A model generated the notes under the pieces. That model did not search any database. It worked only from the letters and a program-made list of their open reading frames with translations, and was not told the origin of the DNA. 64,000 bases of DNA from NCBI GenBank assembly GCA_963827205.1, contig CAWHAH010000007.1, positions 66,979 through 130,978 of the forward strand, given 5' to 3'. Made by a program: the position numbers and the translations under genes. This DNA comes from an uncultured Verrucomicrobiae bacterium (GTDB taxonomy: Bacteria > Verrucomicrobiota > Verrucomicrobiia > Limisphaerales > UBA11358). Each line of letters begins with the position of its first letter. Position 1 is the stretch's first letter. Below are positions 1 through 9,618 of the stretch, piece after piece.

Positions 1-270
1 AGTGGCCCTTGGGAATTTGTAGCCGTTACAGTGGCGCAACCGTCCCGGATTTCCACCGGGTTCCCTGACGTTTGACTGCGATGGCGGATGAACAACGTTC
101 ATCCATTTCAAAGAACAATTCGTTTCTACGCCCAAAACCAGAGTCTGCCAAGGAATTATTTGTAAAATTTTTCCCGTGCGATGGGAATGTATTTGCGGGC
201 TTTACGTCCCGGCTGTCCGGCTGGTAAGTTGAAGGCGCAGAAACAATGACCAGCAACCCGGCTCCAACGC

Positions 271-1035
271 ATGGTTGAAGTTGAAGCACTCACCAAACTT
301 TACGGCGAGTTCGTCGCCGTGAATGAGCTTTCATTTTCGATTCAGCCCGGCGAAGTGATGGGCCTGGTCGGCCCGAACGGCGCGGGCAAGACCACCACGC
401 TGCGTTGTCTGGCCGGGATCATTCCGCCCTCGCGCGGCACCGTGCGCGTCGGCGGCCACGACATCGTCCGCGAACCGATTGCCGCCAAGCAGCAACTCGC
501 CTTTTTCACCGACGAACCGCGCTTGTTCGATTATCTCACGGTCTGGCAGCATTTGAATTTCGTCGCCCGGATTTACCAGGTGGCCGATTACGAAAAGATT
601 GGCCGTGAGCTGCTGGAGGAGCTCGAAATCGCAAACAAACAGGACGCGCTGCCCGGCGAACTTTCCCGCGGCATGAAACAGAAGCTCGCCATCGCCTGCG
701 GCCTGCTGCACTCGCCGAAGGTGATTTACTTCGACGAACCGTTGACCGGGCTGGATCCCCTCGGCATCCGCCGGATGAAGGATTCCATCCTGAAACGGGC
801 GCGCAACGGCGCGGCCATCATCATCAGTTCGCACCTGCTGCACCTGGTCGAGGAAATCTGCTCGCGCATCCTGATTTTGAAGAACGGGCGGAAGATCGCC
901 GATGGCACGCTCGAGGAAGTGACCCGGAAATTTTCCGAACAGCCCGGCGACGCCAATCTCGAGGAAATATTCTTCCGCGCCACGAGTGAACCCGGCGCCA
1001 CCGCGCCGGCCGTTCCGCCGGTGCTGCCACCTTGA
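271..1035 (+). CDS. ABC transporter ATP-binding protein
   Basis: 254-aa ORF with Walker A GPNGAGKTT, ABC signature LSRGMKQKL, Walker B VIYFDEP and H-loop SSHLL. Its stop overlaps the start of the next ORF (TTGA). Confidence 0.92.
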   Translation: MVEVEALTKLYGEFVAVNELSFSIQPGEVMGLVGPNGAGKTTTLRCLAGIIPPSRGTVRVGGHDIVREPIAAKQQLAFFTDEPRLFDYLTVWQHLNFVARIYQVADYEKIGRELLEELEIANKQDALPGELSRGMKQKLAIACGLLHSPKVIYFDEPLTGLDPLGIRRMKDSILKRARNGAAIIISSHLLHLVEEICSRILILKNGRKIADGTLEEVTRKFSEQPGDANLEEIFFRATSEPGATAPAVPPVLPP

Positions 1036-2783
1036 AACGAACGATGATCGCCGCGCTGCTCTACTTGCAATACCACACAGTCCGCAACCGGCTGGTCACA
1101 CGGTTCAAGCGGCTCAAGAAGCCGAAATACCTCGTCGGCGCCATCGTGGGCGTGCTCTATTTCTACTTTTATTTCTTCCGCTACCTGTTTCGCGGGTTCG
1201 GCGGGCGACCCGGGGTGAACCTGACCTTGCCGCCGGAACATCTGCAGCTTTTTGAATCCGTTGGTGCGCTCGTGCTGTTTGTCATCGTGCTGCTGGCATG
1301 GATTATTCCCCATGAACGCGCCGCGCTGACGTTTACCGAGGCCGAAGTGGCGTTTCTGTTTCCCGCGCCCGTCACCCGGCGGACTCTGATTCACTTCAAG
1401 CTCCTGCGGTCGCAGTTGGGAATTTTTTTTACCACGCTTGTGTTCACCCTGTTTTCCCGGCGGTTCGGCGGCAATGCCTGGATTCACGCTTTTGGCTGGT
1501 GGCTGATTCTCTCAATGTTGAACCTTCACTTCCTCGGCTCCTCTTTTGCCCGGACGATGCTGCTGGATCGCGGCATTTCCAACCGGCTCCGGCGGCTGCT
1601 GGTCTTTGGATTGGCGGCGGTCATGGCCGGTGCCGTTCTGGTTTGGGCCAGACGAACGCTGCCGGAACTGCGTTCTGCCGACGTGACCGGCTTCGATGAG
1701 ATCCTGGCTTACGCGCAGCGGGTTTTGACGGCCGGCCCGGCGCTGTATCTGCTCTATCCGTTCCGGCTGGTGGTGCGGCCATTTCTGGCGCAGGACGCCG
1801 CGGCATTTTTCGTGGCGCTGGTTCCGGTGCTGCTGCTCCTGGCGCTCCACTACCTGTGGGTCATTTATTCCGACGTGGCCTTCGAGGAGGCCTCGGTGGA
1901 AGCTTCGCAGAAACTGGCCGTGCGCGTCGCCGCGGCCCGCGCCGGCAACTGGCAGGGCGCGAAGAAAAATCAAAAGGCCAGACGCCCATGGTTTAAGCTG
2001 GACGCCACCGGGCCTTCCGCCACGGCGTTGCTCTGGAAGAATCTTATCGGCGTACGCCAGGTCTTTTCGATTCGCCTCTGGATTTCCATCGTCGTCGTTG
2101 TGGTTGTTTTCTGCGCTGTGTTTGCCGGGAACGCGCAAAGTCATGGCGTTGCCATCATCCTGGCGTTCCTGATTGCCATTGCTTTGGGTTATTCGTTGTT
2201 GCTGGGCCCGCAACTGTTGCGGCTGGATTTTCGGAACGACCTGCCGCTGGCGGACATCCTGAAAACCTTCCCGCTGCGCGGCTGGCAGATTGCCCTGGGC
2301 GAAATTCTTGCGCCGGTGGCTGTGCTGGCGGTTTTCCAGTGGCTGTTGTTGCTGGTGGGCGCCGGGCTTGTCTTTTCTCTGCCCGTCAAAGTGGAAACCC
2401 TGTTCCTGGCCATTGCCCTCGGCGCGGCGATCCTGCTGCCGGTGCTCGATTTGCTCCTGTTGCTCATTCCCAACGCCGCTGTGCTGCTGTTCCCGTCCTG
2501 GATTCAAACCGGCAAGGACAGTCCGCGCGGCATCGAAGCCACCGGCCAGCGGCTCGTTTTTGCCCTGGGACAACTGCTCGCCTTGCTGTTGGCGCTCCTG
2601 CCCGCTGCCGCCGCGTTCATGGGCGTCTTTTTCCTGTTGTATTTTGCGTTCGGTCCAGCCGCTGCCGTGCCGCCGGCGGCGCTCGCGGCGACCATTGTTC
2701 TGGCGGTGGAAGCCGGCTTGGGCGTGATGGTGCTCGGCAAACTGTTCGAGCGATTTGATGTCACGGAGGAACACACGAGTTGA
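1032..2783 (+). CDS. Multi-pass membrane protein, putative ABC-exporter family partner of the upstream ATPase
   Basis: 583-aa ORF with many hydrophobic segments. The basic N-terminal motif RNRLVTRFKRLKKPKYL is typical of the 'putative ABC exporter' family. It is translationally coupled to the ATPase. The table start is TTG at 1032; ATG at 1044 is an alternative. Confidence 0.78.
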   Translation: MKRTMIAALLYLQYHTVRNRLVTRFKRLKKPKYLVGAIVGVLYFYFYFFRYLFRGFGGRPGVNLTLPPEHLQLFESVGALVLFVIVLLAWIIPHERAALTFTEAEVAFLFPAPVTRRTLIHFKLLRSQLGIFFTTLVFTLFSRRFGGNAWIHAFGWWLILSMLNLHFLGSSFARTMLLDRGISNRLRRLLVFGLAAVMAGAVLVWARRTLPELRSADVTGFDEILAYAQRVLTAGPALYLLYPFRLVVRPFLAQDAAAFFVALVPVLLLLALHYLWVIYSDVAFEEASVEASQKLAVRVAAARAGNWQGAKKNQKARRPWFKLDATGPSATALLWKNLIGVRQVFSIRLWISIVVVVVVFCAVFAGNAQSHGVAIILAFLIAIALGYSLLLGPQLLRLDFRNDLPLADILKTFPLRGWQIALGEILAPVAVLAVFQWLLLLVGAGLVFSLPVKVETLFLAIALGAAILLPVLDLLLLLIPNAAVLLFPSWIQTGKDSPRGIEATGQRLVFALGQLLALLLALLPAAAAFMGVFFLLYFAFGPAAAVPPAALAATIVLAVEAGLGVMVLGKLFERFDVTEEHTS

Positions 2784-2792
2784 AATTTTAAT

Positions 2793-2858
2793 CGTCCTCG
2801 TCTTCCTCCTCGTCCTCGTAATCGAAAACGGACAATCGAGGACGAGGACGAGCACGAG
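2793..2858. repeat. Hairpin with arms made of tandem CGTCCT/GAGGAC hexamers (possible terminator or REP-like element)
   Basis: The 5-prime arm cgtcctcgtcttcctcctcgtcctcg is followed by an 18-nt loop and the 3-prime arm cgaggacgaggacgagcacgag. The core cctcgtcctcg/cgaggacgagg pairs perfectly over 11 bp. It sits 10 nt after the stop at 2783. Confidence 0.7.
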
Positions 2859-2915
2859 ATGTGTTCCGCGCTTGCGCGATGACGAATCCGACAACATACT
2901 TCCGCCCTCAAAATT

Positions 2916-3905
2916 ATGAGCCAGACACCCATTCGCGTTGCGGTCACCGGCGCCGCCGGCCAGATCGGTTACTCACTCCTGTTCCGCATCGCCTCCGGCG
3001 CGATGTTCGGGCCGGACCAGCCTGTCATTCTGCATTTGCTCGAAATCGAACCCGCCTTGCACGCCTTGCACGGCGTCTGCATGGAACTCGATGACTGCGC
3101 ATTCCCGCTGCTGAAGGGCATCGTGCCCACGGCGAACCTCGACGAAGGTTTCCGCGGCGTGAACTGGGCGTTGCTCGTCGGCAGCGTGCCACGCAAGGCC
3201 GGCATGGAACGCAAGGATTTGCTCGGCATCAATGGCAAGATTTTTATCGGGCAGGGCAGGGCGATACAAAAAAGCGCCGCCCGCGATGTGCACATCCACG
3301 TCGTCGGCAATCCGTGCAACACGAACTGCCTGATTTGCATGAACAACGCGCCCGACGTGCCGCGCGACCGGTTTTTTGCCATGACGCGCCTCGACGAAAA
3401 CCGCGCCAAAGCCCAGCTCGCGAAAAAAGCCGGCGTGGACGTGACCGCCGTCAGCAACGTCGTCATCTGGGGCAATCATTCCGCCACGCAATATCCCGAT
3501 TTCTACAATGCCAAAATCAACGGTAAACCCGCCACCAGCGTCATCACCGACGAAGCCTGGCTCAAGGGTGAATTCATTTCGACCGTTCAGCAGCGCGGCG
3601 CGGCCGTCATCAAGGCGCGCGGCTTGTCCAGCGCCGCCAGCGCCGCGAACGCAGTCGTGGACAGCGTCCGCTCGCTCATCGAGCCGACGCCCGCAGGCGA
3701 CTGGCACAGTGTCTGTGTCTGTTCTGACGGCAGCTACGGCATTGAGAAAAATTTGATCTGCTCCTTTCCGGTTCGCAGCAACGGCCGGAAAATCGAGATC
3801 GTTCAAGGTGTTGCAGTGAATGACTTCAGCCGCGCAAAAGTTGACGCGACGGTAAAGGAATTGCAGGAAGAACGCGCCTTGGTCGCCGAACTTTTGCCGA
3901 AATAG
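2916..3905 (+). CDS. mdh: Malate dehydrogenase (NAD-dependent, long 'cytosolic-type' family)
   Basis: 329 aa. It has the N-terminal Rossmann motif [14 protein letters not shown], plus VGNPCNTN and [12 protein letters not shown], which are characteristic of this MDH family. Confidence 0.95.
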   Translation: MSQTPIRVAVTGAAGQIGYSLLFRIASGAMFGPDQPVILHLLEIEPALHALHGVCMELDDCAFPLLKGIVPTANLDEGFRGVNWALLVGSVPRKAGMERKDLLGINGKIFIGQGRAIQKSAARDVHIHVVGNPCNTNCLICMNNAPDVPRDRFFAMTRLDENRAKAQLAKKAGVDVTAVSNVVIWGNHSATQYPDFYNAKINGKPATSVITDEAWLKGEFISTVQQRGAAVIKARGLSSAASAANAVVDSVRSLIEPTPAGDWHSVCVCSDGSYGIEKNLICSFPVRSNGRKIEIVQGVAVNDFSRAKVDATVKELQEERALVAELLPK

Positions 3906-3920
3906 AATCGGAATTATTTT

Positions 3921-4565
3921 CTACGCCAACTTTCTGCGCCAGAAAACGACCGTGGCCAATCCCATGCCGATCAATGCAGCCGTGGAAGGTTCCGGTACGG
4001 TTGCCGAAATGCCAACTTGAGCGGCGAAATAAGGCGCCGCCTGCCAGCTTGCCATGTCGGTCGAATACATGGGAGTGCCCAGACTCCAACCGGCGATTGA
4101 CGCATAGCTGCTCGTCTGTGAAGCGCCCGCCAGGAAAACCGGGAAGCCATTTTGGACCAGTCCGGACCAGATTAAAATCCAATAGGTTGTCGAAGGATCC
4201 AGGAGGACTCCGGATGCGGTGTAAGTGCAAACGCCGCTGGACGTGGGATCCGAGCCCGTCAGCGGCGCCAGGCCGCTTCCCGGTACGCCGCCGTTGTTGT
4301 TGTAAATTGAAACGTGCAGATTGTTCCCGCTGGACGTCCCCGTCACCAGCATCATCAACTGCACGGAATCCAGCGTGTATGGCGAATTCGTCGGTCCGGT
4401 CACAAAAGGCTGCGCCATCCAGTAGTTGGCTCCCAGGCCAACGAAAATTGGATTGGTTGATCCAAGGCTGGACACAAAAAGCGTGCCTTGTGCATTCACC
4501 ATCGTTGCCGCAGCGAATGCGAACAAACCAAGCACGAATCCAACGATATGAATTTTGCTTTTCAT
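3921..4565 (-). CDS. PEP-CTERM sorting-domain secreted protein
   Basis: The C-terminus VPEPSTAALIGMGLATVVFWRRKLA is PEP, a TM helix and a basic tail. The internal Met at 4565 gives the signal peptide MKSKIHIVGFVLGLFAFAAATMVNAQG. The ORF-table start at 4700 adds an implausible Arg/Ala/Pro-rich leader. Confidence 0.8.
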   Translation of the reverse strand: MKSKIHIVGFVLGLFAFAAATMVNAQGTLFVSSLGSTNPIFVGLGANYWMAQPFVTGPTNSPYTLDSVQLMMLVTGTSSGNNLHVSIYNNNGGVPGSGLAPLTGSDPTSSGVCTYTASGVLLDPSTTYWILIWSGLVQNGFPVFLAGASQTSSYASIAGWSLGTPMYSTDMASWQAAPYFAAQVGISATVPEPSTAALIGMGLATVVFWRRKLA

Positions 4566-4927
4566 GTAAAATACGTCGGTGAAACCAAGTAATAGCAAAT
4601 GAGATGCCAGGGTTCCGCCGGCGGTGCGCTTCTTGCCGGCTGTGCTTGCCGGGCTTGCCGTCCGGGCCGGACATGCCGGTGAAATACGCGAGTGCTTCAT
4701 TTATGTTCACCTGCCCAAATTGTGGAAGCACGCTGAGATGCACACAGGGGCCGAAGGGTTGTAGCGTCGTTGGCGCACCTGGGTGGCACGGCGGTTGGCG
4801 TCGCGCTCTGGTTGGTCTGGCGGAAAATTGAATTGGAACCTGCGGGCGACCCGTAAAGTCGGCGGATTGATTTTGCTTTTTAGCGCCGCATTGCCAGCCG
4901 CGCGATTTTCTGTCAGCTTCGCGGCGT

Positions 4928-6516
4928 ATGGCTTTTGATTCCTTCCGCGATTTTGTCAACGCCCTCGACCAGGCCGGCGAACTGAAACGCATTTCCCAGC
5001 CGGTCGCCACCGAGCTGGAAATCACCGAGCTGGCCGACCGCGAAATGAAATCGCCGAACGGCCCCGACGGAATCGGGGCAGGCGGCAAAGCGTTGTTATT
5101 CGAGAAACCGACCGTGAACGGCCAAGTCTCACCGTTTCCGCTCGCCATCAACACGATGGGTTCCTGGAAGCGGATGGCTATGAGCTTGGGCGTGAATTCC
5201 GTGGACGAAGCGGCCGCCGAACTTGGCTCGCTGATGAAAGCCAGGCCACCGACCAGTTTCCGCGAAGCCATCAAATTACTCGGCCAGGCGCTCGATCTGC
5301 GCCATGCCAAACCGAAAATCGTGAAAGATGGCCCGTGCAAGGAGTTCGTGAAAAAGTTTGACGCGCCACCCACGCGCAAAGAACTGTGGCCGGAAGCGAT
5401 GGACATCAACGTAGCGCAGGCGTCCCGCCTGCACGGGCAAAAGGGAAATGAAACAGAAAGCAGCCGGGACGGCTGCGCCACATTGTTGAATTTTCCCATC
5501 CAAAAATGCTGGCCTTTGGACGGTGGTCGTTTCATCACGCTGCCGTGCGTCGTCACCAAAGACCCCGACACCGGCGAACGCAACGTCGGCATGTATCGCA
5601 TCCAGATTTACGACGACCGCACCACCGGCATGCACTGGCAGCTTCAGAAGGTCGGCGCGCGGCACGGTCGGCGTTACTACGAAACCGGCACGCGCATGCC
5701 CGTCACCATTTTTCTCGGCGGCGACCCCGTCTTCACCTTCGCTGCCACCGCGCCGCTGCCGGACGGCCTGGACGAATTTCTGCTCGCCGGTTATTTCCGC
5801 AAGAAATCCGTTGAACTCGTCAAATGTGAAACCAATGACCTCGAAGTTCCCGCCAACGCCGATTTCGTCATCGAAGGTTACGTAGATCCGAAGGAACCGC
5901 TGCGCGAGGAAGGGCCTTTCGGCGATCATACCGGCTATTACACGCTGCCGGAGCCGTATCCGGTCTTTCACGTCACCGCCATCACGCATCGCAAGGACGC
6001 GGTGTATCCGGCGACGATTGTCGGCATGCCGCCGATGGAGGATTTTTACATCGGCGGCGCGAGCGTGAAACTGTTCCTGCCGGTCTTCAAGATGAACTTC
6101 CCGGAAATCGTGGACATCGCGCTGCCGGCGGAAGGCGTGTTCCATAACCTCGTTTTTGTGAGCATCAGGAAGACCTACCCGATGCAGGCCTACAAAATCA
6201 TGCACGGCCTCTGGGGCATGGGCCAGATGATGTTCACCAAATACATCGTGGTGGTGGACGACGACGTGGACGTTCACAACACCCGCGAAGTCCTGTTCCG
6301 TCTCTGCGCCAACACCGACCCGCAGCGCGACAGCATCTTCACCAAAGGCCCGCCGACGTGCTCGACCATGCCACCAGCGAGATGGCCATCGGCAGCAAAC
6401 TGGGCATTGACGCGACAAAGAAACTGCCCGGCGAAGGCTTCAAACGCGCTTGGCCGCCGTTGATTAAAATGGATGAGGCGGTGAAGGCGAAGATTGACTC
6501 TTTGTTCAATCGCTGA
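4928..6516 (+). pseudogene. UbiD-family (prenyl-FMN-dependent) decarboxylase with an apparent 1-nt deletion near 6350-6354
   Basis: The ORF 4928-6463 matches UbiD-family sequence (WPLDGGRFITLP, TGERNVGMYR, GPFGDHTGYY) up to ...DSIFTKGP, then turns into junk. The conserved continuation ADVLDHATSEMAIGSKLGIDATKKLPGEGFKRAWPPLIKMDE...FNR* is in the -1 frame and ends at 6516. Confidence 0.85.
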
Positions 6517-6537
6517 CGTGTCGCATTCTCTCGTTCT

Positions 6538-7554
6538 ATGAATCAATCCCGCCAATATGCTTACAACCTGCCGTGGCGCGGGGCGGTTACTGGGTCACTC
6601 TTCTATGCTGGCCTATTTGTTCTCATGGTTCACTTGGCCAAAGAATTTGCGGGAGTTCTTTTTGCTGGCTTGGTTGTCTTGAGCGCGATGTTCGTGATTT
6701 TGGCGGTGGCGATGTTGGCTCGCCGCCTGGTGTTTCCACGCGTGCTCGAATTAACTGATGATGCCGTTTTGTTTCCGCACGGATTTCCTCGAACACGCAT
6801 CACTCGCATCCCTTTCACGGAAATCATAAGGATGTCGTGGACGCGAACTGGTCTCTATATGGTTACGGAAAGAGGACATTTTGAAATTACATCTTCACAT
6901 TTCAAAGAAATCGAAAGCTACCGAGACGCCACGGATTTCGTTTGCGCCAAAACATTTTTCGTGATGCCCCGGCAAGACAAACAAGGGCCGATGGATTGGA
7001 TGTCGGGAGGTTTTCCCGAACCCATTCTGCGCTGGAAAGAACCAATAGAATGGCCGCGCTATCGGACACACCTGGTTGAATCAAGACCGCTATTGCCGCG
7101 CCTTGTCAAAGCGCTCTGGTTTTTTGTCCGCTGTTTTGCCATTTTTCTCATCCCTTGGTTGCTCTTGCGCCTTTTTCGCGTGCCCACCGCGCCAGCCGTT
7201 GGCTACGTCTGCCTTGCCGTTGCCGGCGCGTTTCTGATCACTTTGTTCTATCAATGGTTGGCCAACGTTTGGCCCGTTCATTGCACCGAAATCAGCTTTC
7301 GGGATAATGGGATTACCCAATTCTTCGGCAAACAAACTGCGGATTGGAATTACCACCAATTTTCCGGTTGGGGCATAGTCGAGAAGGAGTTTGAAGGGCG
7401 TACCTTTTCCATCCTCCTTTTACAAGGAAGATCCCGAATTGTTGCACTCGCCATTCCAGACACCGACATCCGTGATCGGCTTGTGCAAATACTCCATGAC
7501 AAAAAGATTCCGCAATTGCCGGATCTCAAGCCGCCGTGGGAACTACGTCCGTAA
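6538..7554 (+). CDS. Hypothetical membrane protein
   Basis: 338-aa ORF with two N-terminal and at least two central hydrophobic helices. Codon usage is consistent with neighbouring genes. I recognise no family motif. Confidence 0.6.
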   Translation: MNQSRQYAYNLPWRGAVTGSLFYAGLFVLMVHLAKEFAGVLFAGLVVLSAMFVILAVAMLARRLVFPRVLELTDDAVLFPHGFPRTRITRIPFTEIIRMSWTRTGLYMVTERGHFEITSSHFKEIESYRDATDFVCAKTFFVMPRQDKQGPMDWMSGGFPEPILRWKEPIEWPRYRTHLVESRPLLPRLVKALWFFVRCFAIFLIPWLLLRLFRVPTAPAVGYVCLAVAGAFLITLFYQWLANVWPVHCTEISFRDNGITQFFGKQTADWNYHQFSGWGIVEKEFEGRTFSILLLQGRSRIVALAIPDTDIRDRLVQILHDKKIPQLPDLKPPWELRP

Positions 7555-7592
7555 CCGTCAAGAATCTCATTGGGATTGTTTGACGGTTCAGG

Positions 7593-7677
7593 CCTCGGGC
7601 GGCGGCAGTATTTCCAGCCCGAATTTTTTCGCAATCTCCATCACGCGCGGGATGTCCAGCGGTTGCTGCGGACTGAA
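7593..7677 (-). repeat. About 85-bp coding relic, copy A (second copy at 14784-14867)
   Basis: About 85% identical by eye to 14784-14867. The minus strand reads ..SPQQPLDIPRVMEIAKKFGLEILPPPEA* with a stop at 7588-7590. No credible N-terminal part remains, since only a 62-aa ORF is left and it runs into the AraC start. Confidence 0.6.
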
Positions 7678-7735
7678 GGTTCCAAACGCGCCTGACCGCC
7701 GTTGATCATGTTGAATTTGCAGGGGCTGAAGAAAA

Positions 7736-8686
7736 TTGATGCGCCGTTTGAAAAATAGTAGCCTTGCATCCGACAAAAAAATGGCAATTCCTGAAACAAC
7801 TTCTGCCGAAGCCTTCGAGCGTTATGTTGGCGGGAAATGTCTGGTGGCTTGTCGCGGCAAAGCCTGGCGAGACATCAAAGCCTGGATCATCGCCCCGCCG
7901 CGTAACGTCGAGATGGTGTCGCTTCCCTCCGTCAGCGAACCGTTCCTCGCCTGGACCATTTCGGGTGACGTCGAGTTTCAGGAGCGGGAAGGCAAACGGC
8001 CCTGGGTCACGCATCGGATCAAAAAAGGGTCTTTCTTTCTCACGTCGGGAGGTGCTCCTTACGATTGTCGTTGGAAAGCGGTGACTACCGCGCCGTTTGA
8101 AACCATGGCGGTGTTCATCGAGCTTCCGCTCCTTCAGCGCGCCTTGGAGGAGGTGTTCGGGGCCGATGCGGCTCACGCCCGGCTGCGGGATATTTCAGCG
8201 TTCACGGATGTTACACTGAATTCGTGGATGGAACGCGTGCGCGAGGAGCTGATGCGCCGTCGCGCAAGCCCCATTTTCCTGCAAGGCATCGCGCAGGCCA
8301 TTGCCATTCATCTGGCTAGAAACTATGCCGAAACGGCCAACGAATCGCACAGTGGCAGCCCGTCGCTGCCCGGTTACAAGCTTCGACAAATTACGGACTG
8401 GATGTCGGAACACGTCGCCGAAGAGTTCAACCTTGACCGGCTGGCGGGCCAAGCTGGCTTGAGCAAGTTCTACTTCAATCGCCTCTTCAAGAGCGCGATG
8501 GGCATGTCACCGTCCCGCTACCATATCAATTTGCGGATGGATGAAGCGAAGCGCCTGCTCCGCGAAACGAAGAAAAGCGTGGTGGACGTTGCCCTTGACG
8601 TGGGGTACGCCAATCCCAGCCATTTCGCGCAACTTTTTCGGAGAGAAACGGGCCTTTCCCCAAGCGACTACCGTCGGCAACGTTGA
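7736..8686 (+). CDS. AraC-family transcriptional regulator
   Basis: The C-terminal double HTH reads LAGQAGLSKFYFNRLFKSAMGMSPSRYHINLRMDEAKRLL...VGYANPSHFAQLFRRETGLSPSDYRR. The N-terminal part is cupin-like. ATG at 7781 (MAIPETT) is an alternative start. Confidence 0.9.
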   Translation: MMRRLKNSSLASDKKMAIPETTSAEAFERYVGGKCLVACRGKAWRDIKAWIIAPPRNVEMVSLPSVSEPFLAWTISGDVEFQEREGKRPWVTHRIKKGSFFLTSGGAPYDCRWKAVTTAPFETMAVFIELPLLQRALEEVFGADAAHARLRDISAFTDVTLNSWMERVREELMRRRASPIFLQGIAQAIAIHLARNYAETANESHSGSPSLPGYKLRQITDWMSEHVAEEFNLDRLAGQAGLSKFYFNRLFKSAMGMSPSRYHINLRMDEAKRLLRETKKSVVDVALDVGYANPSHFAQLFRRETGLSPSDYRRQR

Positions 8687-8741
8687 CGCTGATTGGTTTC
8701 AACGCAAAGGCACAGCGCGGCCAAGCCCCAACCAAAGGAGC

Positions 8742-8804
8742 GCGGACAGCTTTGTCCGCACGTTTCTATCCCAATGCAGGCGTCTCGCGGACAAGGCTGT
8801 CCGC
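8742..8804. repeat. Pair of GCGGAC-N6-GTCCGC palindromes in inverted orientation
   Basis: gcggacagctttgtccgc (8742-8759) and gcggacaaggctgtccgc (8787-8804) have reverse-complementary flanks, ggagcg and cgctcc. They lie just 3-prime of the AraC stop. Confidence 0.7.
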
Positions 8805-8896
8805 GCTCCGGGAAGACCTTTGCCGGACGCGACGATGTCATGAGATAGCACCACACGCAGAGATGCAAAGTCGAACCACGAAACGCACAAAGGCTA

Positions 8897-8935
8897 TCCC
8901 TCTCCGCCTCGACCGGGGAGCGGGTCAGGGTGAGG
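8897..8935. repeat. CCCTCTCC/GGTGAGG-type palindromic element
   Basis: The sequence tccctctccgcctcgaccggggagcgggtcagggtgagg has the same motif set as elements at 14141, 19823 and 49545. Confidence 0.6.
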
Positions 8936-8973
8936 TGTCGAATATCAAATTACCGTTCGCTTGGAGTACCGCC

Positions 8974-9528
8974 TCACGGGGCGGGTTCCGCCAGCAATTT
9001 CTGGACGACGGTTTCGACGTATTGAGGTTGCAAGCCGATCGCGCGGACAATGCCTTTACGGTCAATGACGGCGTAGGTCGGATAATAGTGCACGGCCCAC
9101 GCTTGCTCGGTTTTCAATTCAGGATCGCGGGCGGCCGGGTATTCAATGCTGTGTTCCTTGGCGTTGGCTACAAACTGTTCCTGACCATGACTGGAGGTGC
9201 AAACGCCGATGATGACCAGTCCTTTATCCTTGTATTTTTTGAGGAGTTCGTTGTTGTGGGGAATGGCCCTCATGCAGGGGCCGCACCAGGTGGCGTATAA
9301 ATCCACGACGATGACTTTGCCCTTGAGGTCGGTGTTGGTGATGCCGCCATTGATCCAATCGCTGACGTGGAAGGCGGGCATGGGTTTGCCTTCGAGGGCG
9401 GCGTGGCTGGCGCGTTGCTCCAGTCTGTTGTCCCAAGTCCAACTGTCGGGAAATTCACCGGCGGAAGCGGGCAGCATGCCCCAAATGAGTGAACCAAAGG
9501 CGATAAGAAGAATATTCTTCGTGCTCAT
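8974..9528 (-). CDS. TlpA/redoxin-family thiol:disulfide oxidoreductase (thioredoxin fold), exported
   Basis: It carries the WCGPC active site in VIVVDLYATWCGPCMRAIP. The internal Met at 9528 gives the signal peptide MSTKNILLIAFGSLIWGMLPASA. Confidence 0.85.
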   Translation of the reverse strand: MSTKNILLIAFGSLIWGMLPASAGEFPDSWTWDNRLEQRASHAALEGKPMPAFHVSDWINGGITNTDLKGKVIVVDLYATWCGPCMRAIPHNNELLKKYKDKGLVIIGVCTSSHGQEQFVANAKEHSIEYPAARDPELKTEQAWAVHYYPTYAVIDRKGIVRAIGLQPQYVETVVQKLLAEPAP

Positions 9529-9618
9529 GCCGCACGGATTATCACAACCGGCGTTGGCTGACAATAGTGAATCTCTCTGCCGGGCGGAGGAATTGAAGTC
9601 AATCGGAGTCCGGGTTGA

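Noticed and set aside
26-289. The 87-aa minus-strand ORF, and a small hairpin (ggatgaac-aac-gttcatcc, ~87-105), in the first 270 nt.
   Set aside because: The ORF has no start context and no recognisable motif, and it overlaps the ABC ATPase start. The hairpin alone is too little to call an ncRNA or terminator, and the upstream gene lies outside the window.
3826-5601. Very long ORFs antisense to, or overlapping, well-supported genes. Examples are 3826-5601(-), 14920-16182(-), 16791-18011(-), 32844-34703(-), 34719-36278(-), 36297-38072(-), 39969-41108(+), 53055-54158(+), 56249-57109(+) and 61852-63216(+).
   Set aside because: Their translations are Arg/Ala/Gly/Pro/His-biased with no recognisable motifs. 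The opposite-strand or other-frame ORFs carry clear family signatures. Such shadow ORFs are expected in GC-rich DNA because stop codons are rare.
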